From NCBI GenBank assembly GCA_050951545.1, contig JBMNJG010000016.1, positions 1 to 64,000 of the forward strand: DNA of 64,000 nucleotides, given 5' to 3'. This DNA is from Limnochordia bacterium (GTDB lineage Bacteria; Bacillota; Limnochordia; DTU080). Under the pieces are notes generated by a model. It was not told the origin of the DNA. It worked only from the letters and a program-made list of their open reading frames with translations, and did no database searches. The translations under genes were made by a program, and so were the position numbers. Below, piece by piece: positions 47,700-58,717 of this stretch. Numbering within the stretch: position 1 is the first letter of the stretch; every line of letters begins with the position of its first letter.

Positions 47700-48650
47700 T
47701 CAAATACCTACGAAGGCCGGCCTTGGACTACCGGAGGGCGCAGCCTGTGCGGAAAAACGTTCTATTCGGGGCTGGAAACCCAGCTTTTCGATCAGTTCGA
47801 GGTAGTCGGCCGGGCCGATATCGTCTACACGTTTGCCGGACAAAACAACCAGCGCTGCCTCCAAGACATTAGTGCCAAACGAGCGCCCCCCGAAATCAGG
47901 TGTCGTCGTGATGAGAGTGGCAGCCCCGCGGCTTCTAATCTCATCCACATTCTCAACTGTCACGGTGTTAGTCATGACTATCTTGCCATCTAGATGCTTG
48001 GGCATGTACCGCCTGATGTAGTGGAAGTCTCCTGCAATGACCTCAGCCCATTCGAAAAAGCGGTCGTACCGGGGCGAGACTTTCTCTTGCTTACTGCCAG
48101 TCGGGTACAGCAATTTGAAGGGTAGCTGAACGACAACCGGAGCAAGCACACGGGCCACCATCTCAAGGGAAGACGGAGAGTGCAACCCTACAGGTACCCC
48201 GAGCCCGAAAACAAGGTCGCCAAATGTCATCTGGCACCCGAGTTGAGTGAAGGCATCCGCCATCCCAAACCGATCGACGGCGACGACGATAAGCACCCGC
48301 TTGCCTTTTAGCCGGATGTCCGTTTCCTCATCCACGTAGTTGACGACCCAACGCTCCAGCGAGTTCTTCAAGCCGCTACCATCCACAATGGGCGTTATCC
48401 TCGCTGCGCTGGCGATACGCTGAGCATCCCTAAAGCGATAGCGGCACTGGCCAGAGTAAATGTACAGATCGATCCCACCGAGACCGAAAGCATCAACCTT
48501 GCCGTCGAGTTCCCTCACCAAGTCGATGGCTCGCCGCAAGTCACCGTCCGTCCCGATGCGTTCGATGACGAAAGGCTCGCCCAATAGCTCCGTCTCTACT
48601 CTGTGATTGCGACTAGATGAGCCGATGCTTACGCTTACAACGCGTTTCAT
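47700..48650 (-). CDS. Conserved hypothetical protein (family often annotated quinate 5-dehydrogenase)
   Basis: SVSIGSS.R, ERIGTDGD, VDGSGLK..LE, GRSFGTNVLEA motifs. Confidence 0.75.
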   Translation of the reverse strand: MKRVVSVSIGSSSRNHRVETELLGEPFVIERIGTDGDLRRAIDLVRELDGKVDAFGLGGIDLYIYSGQCRYRFRDAQRIASAARITPIVDGSGLKNSLERWVVNYVDEETDIRLKGKRVLIVVAVDRFGMADAFTQLGCQMTFGDLVFGLGVPVGLHSPSSLEMVARVLAPVVVQLPFKLLYPTGSKQEKVSPRYDRFFEWAEVIAGDFHYIRRYMPKHLDGKIVMTNTVTVENVDEIRSRGAATLITTTPDFGGRSFGTNVLEAALVVLSGKRVDDIGPADYLELIEKLGFQPRIERFSAQAAPSGSPRPAFVGI

Positions 48651-48683
48651 ATGCTTGCCCTCCCGAGAGCAACTGCGAACCGC

Positions 48684-49223
48684 CTACACGCTTTCATAGG
48701 CCTTAACGCCACGGATGACCTCCCGTATACTTTCGGGCGATACCACCTTGTCTTCACGAATGGGAGAGACGCCAATCTCGACACCGACTACTTTGTCACG
48801 ACCCAAGATAGACTCCAACACGCGCACCCGCATATCTGACCCAAGGAAAATGACACTGTCATACTCCTTAAGCTCACTGATGAGACTCAAAAGGTAGTTG
48901 AACAGCTCTGCCCCTGACATCTCAGAAGCCCACTGCCAACGTTCCCTGTCGGTCAGAAGCAGGCAGAGTTCCACACCCTCTTCTTCGGCAATCTGCTTGA
49001 TCGCCACGTGATTGGCAATGGGAAAACCAATCAGTGCCAGGCGTCCACCCTTGCGAACTTCCCCTAGACTCTCTAGGCGCGAAATGAAGGCCCGGTCAAT
49101 ACCGAGCTCTTCTGCCACCTCTTGCTGGGACGCCCCCTGGGCACGCAGCTCCAAGAGTCTTTCGACAAGGCGAGTGATTTTGTGGCGGCTCACCAGCTTG
49201 TCACCGATGCGTATGAGGTCCAC
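48684..49223 (-). CDS. HTH transcriptional regulator-like protein
   Basis: RIGDKLVS, LELRAQGASQQEVAEELGIDRAFISRLE. Confidence 0.8.
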   Translation of the reverse strand: MDLIRIGDKLVSRHKITRLVERLLELRAQGASQQEVAEELGIDRAFISRLESLGEVRKGGRLALIGFPIANHVAIKQIAEEEGVELCLLLTDRERWQWASEMSGAELFNYLLSLISELKEYDSVIFLGSDMRVRVLESILGRDKVVGVEIGVSPIREDKVVSPESIREVIRGVKAYESV

Positions 49224-49286
49224 AACGCTCTCCCCCACTATGTGCACAATTCTGTGCACATGCCATTCTATCAGGTTCACTGCTGC

Positions 49287-50264
49287 CTAGCAATAGCTAC
49301 CCAGCTGCTGGCGATAGGTCTGCAGAATATCGATCACACCCTCCGGCGTCTCTGCTTGCATGATCATCTGCTTGACCTGATTGGCGTGATCCAACCCCTT
49401 TAGATACCACGCCAAGTGCTTACGCATCTCGTACACAGCCCGCGCCCCCCCAAACTGGACGGCCATGTTCAGATGCCGCACCGCCATGGCTATTCGTTCA
49501 TCTGGAGTGGGATCGGGGAGGATCTCTCCGCAATGAAGATACCGAAGGATCTGACCAAACAGCCAGGGATTCCCCAAGCCCGCCCGACCGACCATCACAG
49601 CATCACACCCTGTTTCATGCAGGAGGCGCGCCGCGTCATGTGGCGTATGGACGTCCCCGTTTCCGATCACTGGGATGGTGACCGCCGCTTTAACTGCTGC
49701 GATGACCGACCAGTCAGCAGCCCCGCTGTAAAACTGTTCGCGGGTCCGCCCATGGATGCAGAGTGCCGTAGCCCCCACACCTTCTGCAAGGCGAGAGAGT
49801 TCCACCGCAGTGGAGTGTTCGTCGTCCCACCCCTTGCGCATCTTTACCGTCACCGGGATCGTAACTGCCTTGACCACCGCTTCCACAATGCGCGCTGCCT
49901 TGACTGGATCCCGCATCAAGGCACAGCCATCACCGCCATCCACGATCTTGGGCGTAGGGCATCCCATATTGATGTCAATGATATCCGGACCCAAATCCGC
50001 CACATACCTGGCCGCCTCCGCCATGACCGCAGGATGAGATCCAAACACTTGCACTGCTACTGGCCGTTCAGCTTCTGAGATGCTGAGCAATTTCTTCGTT
50101 CCCGGATTGCCATACTGAAGCGCCATGGCACTGACCATAGGAGCGCAAACCAACCCACACCCGAACTCCTTGACAAGCAGCCGAAAAGGTAGATCTGTCA
50201 CGCCTGCCATCGGCGCCAAGACTACGCGATTGGCGATCTCTGCATCACCAATGTGCCAACGCAT
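49287..50264 (-). CDS. dusB: tRNA-dihydrouridine synthase B
   Basis: LAPMAGVTD, DINMGCP, HGRTREQ, GNGD, MRKH. Confidence 0.95.
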   Translation of the reverse strand: MRWHIGDAEIANRVVLAPMAGVTDLPFRLLVKEFGCGLVCAPMVSAMALQYGNPGTKKLLSISEAERPVAVQVFGSHPAVMAEAARYVADLGPDIIDINMGCPTPKIVDGGDGCALMRDPVKAARIVEAVVKAVTIPVTVKMRKGWDDEHSTAVELSRLAEGVGATALCIHGRTREQFYSGAADWSVIAAVKAAVTIPVIGNGDVHTPHDAARLLHETGCDAVMVGRAGLGNPWLFGQILRYLHCGEILPDPTPDERIAMAVRHLNMAVQFGGARAVYEMRKHLAWYLKGLDHANQVKQMIMQAETPEGVIDILQTYRQQLGSYC

Positions 50265-50322
50265 GCGTCATGACCTCCCGCTTCAATGCGTAGTTGCCTA
50301 TACTCCTGATGTCTTGCGAAAC

Positions 50323-50353
50323 AAAAGAAGACAGGTAGCGTGCCCTGTCTTTT
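50323..50353. terminator. Terminator downstream of rpmE
   Basis: AAGACAGG-N8-CCTGTCTT flanked by A/T tracts. Confidence 0.65.
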
Positions 50354-50479
50354 GCCCTGCAAGTCAATAGGCGGATATCCGGCTGGATACCCGCCTCTGC
50401 AAGCTCTTTTACCTATCATACTGGCATGAGCGCCTTCCGCCAAATCGGCTCGCATAGGCGCCCATGCACACTCGCCTTT

Positions 50480-50689
50480 TCACGACTCCGGTAAGGAGTA
50501 CCGCTTGCGGAAACGCTCTACCCGCCCCGTAGCATCAACCATCTTCTGCCTAGCACCTGTGAAAAACGGATGACACTTGGAGCAGACCTCAACACGTAGG
50601 TTCTCCACTGTCGAACCTGTCTCAAAGCGTTCACCGCAGGCACACGTGATGGTAGTAGTGAAATACTTGGGATGTATACCCGCCTTCAA
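50480..50689 (-). CDS. rpmE: 50S ribosomal protein L31 (zinc-binding type)
   Basis: [30 protein letters not shown] start after GAGGTGA. Confidence 0.95.
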   Translation of the reverse strand: MKAGIHPKYFTTTITCACGERFETGSTVENLRVEVCSKCHPFFTGARQKMVDATGRVERFRKRYSLPES

Positions 50690-50772
50690 GAGCCTGTCAC
50701 CTCTTTGCTGAGCCAAAATGCACCTAAGTATTATATCACGCTAACTGCTGCACAGCAACCGTCTCGCGACAC

Positions 50773-51864
50773 TTAGCGCAGGTAGTCTAGCGGGTTGTAG
50801 GCGCGACCGTTCAAACGTATTTCAAAGTGAACATGGGGCCCGGTTGAGCGGCCTGTGTTACCACTCCGGGCAAGTACCTGACCTGCCGTCACGCGATTGC
50901 CAACCTTTGCCAATAAGCGGCTGTTGTGCGCGTAGCGGGTCTCCACTCCATTGCCGTGGTCTACCTTCACCAGGTATCCGTAGTTGCCACTCCAACCAAC
51001 AAAGGTAACCTTGCCAGGGGCCGCCGCCCTTACTGGGGTCCCCGTGTTGACCGCGATGTCTAGCCCCTCGTGCATTCGCCCCCAGCGCGGGCCAAACCGA
51101 CTGCTGATACGTCCACGTACTGGCCACTCAAAAGACCTCTGCAAGCGCCCTTTGACCACCAGGGCTCGTGACTTCTGTGCCGTGCTGCCACTCTGAGATC
51201 TGGCTACAGCGGCTTTCGGCTTAGCCCCCGGAACCACCAGCTCCTGTTTGGGTTGCAGACGTTCGGGATTCGCGAGGCTATTGGCTTGTATGATCTTGCC
51301 AACATCGACCTTATAACTCTTGGCGATGTCCCACAAGCTCTCTCCCTGGCGCACAGTATGCAGAACGCCCTTTACAGTGAGAACCTTCAGCTCTTGGCCA
51401 ATCTTTAGTTTGTTTGCGTTACTCAGGTTGTTGCACGCCAAAACCGTGTCCACATCAACACCATGGGCCTTGGCGATATCCCACAAGGTCTCGCCGCTCT
51501 TGACAACATGCCGTACCACCGCTGGCTTTTTCTCAGGAGCTGCTTGCGCGTCAGTTACCTTCACTGACTTACGAATAGCTTCATCCGTGACTTTCGGTAA
51601 CGGAAAGAGCTTATGTACTTCAATAGAAAAAGGGGCCGTTTCCTGGACGTTCGGCAGAATCGTAAACAGCTGAACATCAAGGGGTATGGGCCCTACGCCG
51701 CCGATCATCGAGCCAACTACAGGTGACACAGCCGACGCACACGCCGCCGCATCGCCATTTCCCTCATCTCCGGAGGGAGGTGCTCCACCCAAGGCTATTG
51801 CGAATAGCATCGACAAAACTCCAAGAAGCGTAAGCGGATTCACAGATTTCGAACGCATCCTCAA
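50773..51864 (-). CDS. LysM x2 plus M23 peptidase
   Basis: Two HxVxxGExLWDIAK LysM repeats; HEGLD, YAHN, STGPHVHFE. Confidence 0.94.
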   Translation of the reverse strand: MRMRSKSVNPLTLLGVLSMLFAIALGGAPPSGDEGNGDAAACASAVSPVVGSMIGGVGPIPLDVQLFTILPNVQETAPFSIEVHKLFPLPKVTDEAIRKSVKVTDAQAAPEKKPAVVRHVVKSGETLWDIAKAHGVDVDTVLACNNLSNANKLKIGQELKVLTVKGVLHTVRQGESLWDIAKSYKVDVGKIIQANSLANPERLQPKQELVVPGAKPKAAVARSQSGSTAQKSRALVVKGRLQRSFEWPVRGRISSRFGPRWGRMHEGLDIAVNTGTPVRAAAPGKVTFVGWSGNYGYLVKVDHGNGVETRYAHNSRLLAKVGNRVTAGQVLARSGNTGRSTGPHVHFEIRLNGRAYNPLDYLR

Positions 51865-52024
51865 ACCTCCGAACCGGAGCCCTAGAACAGCAAACTACCC
51901 AGCCCTCTTCGGCGCTTGCCGAGAATCTCCTCCTCTGAGAATCCTTCTACGTTGCATCATCGGCATCAGTGCCCCTCATTCCCGTGGCAAGCAGCCGCCC
52001 GTAGGGTCGGGCGCTTCTCGGGTA

Positions 52025-53296
52025 CTATGAACGAATGTTCTCGGCCAATGGCGACTTCAATACTACTTCCATGAACTCAGCGTTTGATCTTGTATGTGTA
52101 AGCCTATCGATAAGCAGGTCTGTTGTCTCAGCAGTCCCTAGCTGAGCCAACGCCTTGCGGAGAGTCCAGGCCATTTCCAGCTCCTGTTCAGAGAAAAGCA
52201 GCTCCTCTTTCCTTGTGCCAGAGCGGTAGATATCGATAGCAGGGAAGATGCGCCTTTCGGCAAGACGGCGGTCCAGATGCAGCTCCATGTTACCAGTTCC
52301 CTTAAACTCCTCATAGATGACCTCGTCCATGCGACTTCCCGTCTCAATCAAGGCTGTTGCCAAGACCGTCAGGCTTCCGCCCTCTTCGATTTTCCGCGCT
52401 GCACCGAAAAAGCGCTTAGGCCGATGCAGTGCCGCTGGATCCACGCCCCCAGACAGCGTACGACCGCTAGGAGGCACGACGAGATTGTGTGCACGCGCTA
52501 GCCGCGTGATGCTATCCAACAGAATCGCCACATCCACGCCCTGCTCTACCAGCCTTTTTGCCCGCTCCAACACCATGTCTGCAACACGCACATGGTTTTC
52601 CGGCGGCATGTCAAAGGTAGAGCTGATCACTTCACCCTGTACTGAACGCTCCATATCAGTAACCTCTTCGGGCCGCTCATCGATCAGAAGCACGATAAGC
52701 TCGACTTCCGGATGGTTGACACTGATGCTGTTGGCCAGCTTCTTCAGAACCGTGGTCTTGCCCGCCTTGGGAGGGGCCACGATCATCCCTCGCTGCCCCT
52801 TCCCCAGAGGGGCCATCACGTCGATGAGACGTGTAGCCACGTCCTTAAGGGCAGGAACCTCAAGGCGCAAACGCTCCATCGGGTAGATAGGAGTGAGATC
52901 GTCGAAGCTTGGCCGGCGAGTCGCCTCTTCCGGATCAAGCATGTTGACACTCTTGACGCGTAGCAAAGCATGATAGCGCTCGTTGTCCTTGGGAGGCCGT
53001 ACCTGACCGAGCACCTGGTCACCTGTCCGCAAGTTGAACCTTCGGATTTGAGATGGGGAAATGTACACATCCTCATTGCTGGGCGTGTAGTTTCTCCGGC
53101 GCAAGAAACCATAACCTTCCGACAGGACCTCGAGAATACCCTGTGTAAAATCGAACCCCTCTTGCTGTGACTCGACTTCTAGGATGCGCATTATCAGATC
53201 GCGTTTGCGCATCTTACTAAAACCACTGATCTCCATTGACTTCGCTATTTCGTGAAGCTCTGCATTCGTCTTACTCTCTAGTTCCGCGATATTCAC
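52025..53296 (-). CDS. rho: Transcription termination factor Rho
   Basis: [40 protein letters not shown]. Confidence 0.98.
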   Translation of the reverse strand: MNIAELESKTNAELHEIAKSMEISGFSKMRKRDLIMRILEVESQQEGFDFTQGILEVLSEGYGFLRRRNYTPSNEDVYISPSQIRRFNLRTGDQVLGQVRPPKDNERYHALLRVKSVNMLDPEEATRRPSFDDLTPIYPMERLRLEVPALKDVATRLIDVMAPLGKGQRGMIVAPPKAGKTTVLKKLANSISVNHPEVELIVLLIDERPEEVTDMERSVQGEVISSTFDMPPENHVRVADMVLERAKRLVEQGVDVAILLDSITRLARAHNLVVPPSGRTLSGGVDPAALHRPKRFFGAARKIEEGGSLTVLATALIETGSRMDEVIYEEFKGTGNMELHLDRRLAERRIFPAIDIYRSGTRKEELLFSEQELEMAWTLRKALAQLGTAETTDLLIDRLTHTRSNAEFMEVVLKSPLAENIRS

Positions 53297-53766
53297 TTAG
53301 CGCACTGCCTCCTACGGCTACTTATCTGTAGCCCTTGTGGGGAATTGAGACTGCTTGGATAGTGTGGGACAAACGAGGGCATGGACCGAGAACGTGAGCA
53401 GGAACGCACGCTACGGGCCGTTAGGCGGCGACGTTTCGGCAAGGGGTGCATACGAATAAACACGTTGAGATAGGATCAATCGGCTGAGGGATGGCCGTAC
53501 CAAGTCAAAAAAGCAGCATCCAACATCGGCACAACACTTCGTGGCACCCCGTGGTATTCCTCTTCAGTTACTAGTATCTGTTGGGTGTCCCCTATTATGC
53601 ATTCTGGAGGCACACATGAGCACCTAGCTGGCCACCACGAGCAATGAGAATGAGGGCGTTCTTGTCGATGATGCAGCGTCGATATCTTCTGATGCTAGAC
53701 CAAAAGTCGGCCCGCGTGGGTACGAGCCGACTTAATCACAGCAGAGGCCGCTTCACCTAACCACGT

Positions 53767-54261
53767 CTAGCCTCGAAGCTTCCTCAGGAAATCGTCCGGA
53801 TTGAGATCCGCCAACACACGCCGGAACTCTGCAATCTCGTCTTCATCAATGGGCTGTACTGGTTTGATGCTTATCAAGGCCTTCGCAGCCACCTCATCGG
53901 AGATGAAGATGGGTGCTCCACTTCGCAGAGCAAGTGCTATAGCATCAGAGGGCCTCGCATCTACCCCTACCTCGCCATCCTTTGTCTTGAGGCATATGCG
54001 GGCATAGTACGTCTCCTCGCGTAGGTCGTGGATCAGGATCCGGTCGATCTTCGCCTTTAGGGTATCCAGCACGTTCTTCAAAAGATCGTGAGTCATCGGC
54101 CGAGCAAGCTTCTGACCCTCCAATCCTTGACTGATGGCGGTGGCCTCCCACACACCGATCATGATTGGAATGAACCCTTTCTCTTCGTAGTCGGTGATTA
54201 CCACCACTGGTACCATGCTATTCTGATCGAGCCCGACTACCTTGACCTTCATCCTGACCAT
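53767..54261 (-). CDS. Bifunctional nuclease family protein (DUF151)
   Basis: IPIMIG.WEA, RPMTHDL, DARPSDAIALA. Confidence 0.92.
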   Translation of the reverse strand: MVRMKVKVVGLDQNSMVPVVVITDYEEKGFIPIMIGVWEATAISQGLEGQKLARPMTHDLLKNVLDTLKAKIDRILIHDLREETYYARICLKTKDGEVGVDARPSDAIALALRSGAPIFISDEVAAKALISIKPVQPIDEDEIAEFRRVLADLNPDDFLRKLRG

Positions 54262-54360
54262 CTGGATTCCCCCCCTCAGGGTCTCTACTCTTGTGGCTAT
54301 TATAGCATGACTTCGCTGACCATGCCAACGAGGAGCCCTTCCCCACAGGCAAGAGACCAG

Positions 54361-56007
<1,647 letters not shown>

Positions 56008-56044
56008 CTAAGAAGAATAGACACCTAGCTACATGATAAGTAAC

Positions 56045-56761
56045 CTAAGCCTTTTCTGGTTCGTCATACGGCTCCTTGTATTTCTGCAACACCTCAGCAA
56101 GAGCAGTGACCAGAAGCAGAGCCAGAAGACCTCCCAGAAGAATGATCACAGGAAACAGCAATAGCCAACTCACTGAGGCAATAAGGAACACCTCGAGCAA
56201 CACGATGATGGTCATCACCAGATTGTCCAGAGCCAGCAAAGCGGCTCTTTTCAGCAACTTGAACAATCCCACCTGTTCGTGCGCGATGAGGGGGAAGATA
56301 TAGGTCGTCATCAGCATCCAAAACAACAGCAAATAGAGCCACGGCACCGCGATCCACTGCACAACCCGTATACTGCTACTCAAGAAGAACACGATATCCA
56401 CGACGAGAACGAAAAGCACTATGAGCATCGCTGCGCTCGCCTTAACCGTTAGCCAGTAGTGGGCACCGAAGCGTCGCCAGAGTTCGCCCACCCCTGGCTC
56501 CTCTTTGTCGACCAATGCCCGTGCTACAGAGCACACCGCGGCCGTCACTGGCGAGGCGAGGAGGATGACGGCAAAGAACACCACTAAAAACGTCAGGACG
56601 CAAGGCACCTGACGCGCGAAGCTAATCGAGAAGGTCGTGGGCATAAAGGCTAAAGCGAACCAGACAAAACTGCAGAACAAGACCATTCCTAGGTGCTCAT
56701 ATGCTCCGCGCATCGCAGTGACGAAAATACGGCCACTGCTGCGGAGAGACTCACCAGCCAC
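56045..56761 (-). CDS. DUF624/YesL-like membrane protein
   Basis: Five to six TM segments with the P.TAA pattern of this family. Confidence 0.65.
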   Translation of the reverse strand: MAGESLRSSGRIFVTAMRGAYEHLGMVLFCSFVWFALAFMPTTFSISFARQVPCVLTFLVVFFAVILLASPVTAAVCSVARALVDKEEPGVGELWRRFGAHYWLTVKASAAMLIVLFVLVVDIVFFLSSSIRVVQWIAVPWLYLLLFWMLMTTYIFPLIAHEQVGLFKLLKRAALLALDNLVMTIIVLLEVFLIASVSWLLLFPVIILLGGLLALLLVTALAEVLQKYKEPYDEPEKA

Positions 56762-56784
56762 GAGACACCCCCTTTCGGCAAGAC

Positions 56785-57648
56785 CTAAGAACCAAAACTA
56801 AGCAAAGCCTCCCGCATCAGCATAGCGGCCAACACAGATGTGGCTACGCCAGACTCAGCCAGCGGGCACAGCTCCACCAAGTCAAACCCAACAACCCTAG
56901 CCGCTGCCAGAACATGCAGAGCCTGCACAAGCTCGTGCGGAGTACACCCACACGGTTCCGGGGTACCCGTGGCGGGCGCATAGCCCGGATCAATCACGTC
57001 AATGTCTAGCGTCACATAGACCGGCCGCTCATCCAGCTGCGATAGTACATGCCGCAAAGGTCCTACTACCTCGTATGGGTAGAAACGGACGTGTTGCCGT
57101 GCGTAGGCGAACTCCTCCTTGCTGCCCGAGCGAACACCAAACTGGTATACGTTCTGCGGACCAACTTGCTCACAGACCCGCCGCATCACGGTAGCATGGG
57201 AGTGCTTGGCCCCTAGGTAACTATCGCGCAGATCGGCATGGGCATCAAAATGCAACACGGCTAGGTCTGGGTAGGCCTGATGCGCTGCCCGAATGATTGG
57301 CAACGAAATAAGATGCTCGCCGCCCAAGAAAAACGGTCTTTTGCCCCGGGAAAGCACTTCCAGGCGTACCACTTTCTCTATACGGCTGAGAGCAGTGGTG
57401 GTATCGCCCAAAGGAATCTCCACATCACCAGCGTCGTAGAAAGCCGCTTCGAGCAGTGATTTATCCAAGAGCGGGCTGTACTCCTCCAGTGAACCGGAGA
57501 CATCCCGAATGCGCGACGGAGCAAAACGCGTCCCGGGCCAGAAACTAGCTGTGCCGTCAAAAGGTGCCCCCATAAGCACCACCCCGGCGTTCTCAAGCGA
57601 GTCGATACTGCCGAGGAAACGGGAGCTTCCCGGGACTACACCTTGCAC
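56785..57648 (-). CDS. speB: Agmatinase
   Basis: GGEH, DAHAD, SHAT, DIDVIDP..AP.TGTPE; adjacent to speE. Confidence 0.95.
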   Translation of the reverse strand: MQGVVPGSSRFLGSIDSLENAGVVLMGAPFDGTASFWPGTRFAPSRIRDVSGSLEEYSPLLDKSLLEAAFYDAGDVEIPLGDTTTALSRIEKVVRLEVLSRGKRPFFLGGEHLISLPIIRAAHQAYPDLAVLHFDAHADLRDSYLGAKHSHATVMRRVCEQVGPQNVYQFGVRSGSKEEFAYARQHVRFYPYEVVGPLRHVLSQLDERPVYVTLDIDVIDPGYAPATGTPEPCGCTPHELVQALHVLAAARVVGFDLVELCPLAESGVATSVLAAMLMREALLSFGS

Positions 57649-57683
57649 TACTCAGCACCTCTTTGCCAAAAGATGACCTGCGT

Positions 57684-58511
57684 CTAGCCCACGAGCTCCT
57701 GCACAAACCGTGGCAGGCTAAACGCCGCACGATGCACGTCTGGCGTATAGTAGCGCGTATCTATGTCGGCACATCGTTCCGCAGGAACCGCCAATGGGTC
57801 GTGCTCCTTGGAGCCCAGTGTAAAGCTCCACAAGCCACTGGGGTACGTGGGGATACTCGCCAGGAAAAGCCGTGTCACCGGGAAGAGCCTAGCCATGGCA
57901 GCGGTACAGCGCTTGATGAGATCTTTGTTGTAGAACGGCGATTCGGTCTGAGCCACCACAATGCCATCTTCTCTTAGGCTGTCGAAGATATCCATGTAGA
58001 ACTCATGGGAGAACAAGCCCACAGCGGCCCCCACTGGCTCTGTCGAATCGACGATCACCACGTCATAGGTCTCCTTGCTATCTTTCACGTGACGCAGCCC
58101 ATCCTCCACCCTTATCTCCACACGAGGATCGCTCAAAGCAAGGGAGACCTGGGGCAGATACCTACGTGAAGCCTCTATGACCTGAGAGTCGATTTCGACG
58201 AGTACGACCTTCTCGACGCTGGCATGCTTTAGCACCTCACGCACAGCTCCTCCATCGCCCCCGCCGATCACTGCCACAGTACGAGGGCTTGGATGCGTGT
58301 GCAGCGCAACATGACATATCATCTCATGATAAATGAACTCATCGCCTTCAGTAGCTTGCACCATACCATCGAGAACAAGCACCCGACCAAACTGCTCCGT
58401 ATCTAACACAGCCAAATGCTGAAAGGGCGTTCTCTCACTGACCAGGGTGCGCCGTACCCGCAATGTCAAGCCTACTGCATCGGTCTGCCTTTCTGTATAC
58501 CACAGCTCCAT
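57684..58511 (-). CDS. speE: Polyamine aminopropyltransferase (spermidine synthase)
   Basis: DEFIYHEM, IGGGDGG, VEID, VDSTEP, YPSG.W. Confidence 0.96.
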   Translation of the reverse strand: MELWYTERQTDAVGLTLRVRRTLVSERTPFQHLAVLDTEQFGRVLVLDGMVQATEGDEFIYHEMICHVALHTHPSPRTVAVIGGGDGGAVREVLKHASVEKVVLVEIDSQVIEASRRYLPQVSLALSDPRVEIRVEDGLRHVKDSKETYDVVIVDSTEPVGAAVGLFSHEFYMDIFDSLREDGIVVAQTESPFYNKDLIKRCTAAMARLFPVTRLFLASIPTYPSGLWSFTLGSKEHDPLAVPAERCADIDTRYYTPDVHRAAFSLPRFVQELVG

Positions 58512-58717
58512 ATCAGGCTACCCCCCGAAACCGTGTTACGCTGTGCGAGCATGTCGGCGGCCTCCGATTAGCGCCCATTCCGCTGACAGATCCCATTCGC
58601 TTAGCAGCCAAACTTCCTGTAGTATACCAAAGCCCCATTGAAAAATAAACCGAGCCATGGAGACCTTTCCTGCAGTGGATCGGTATTGTATGATGATGAA
58701 GGCAGGAGTGACAGCGC

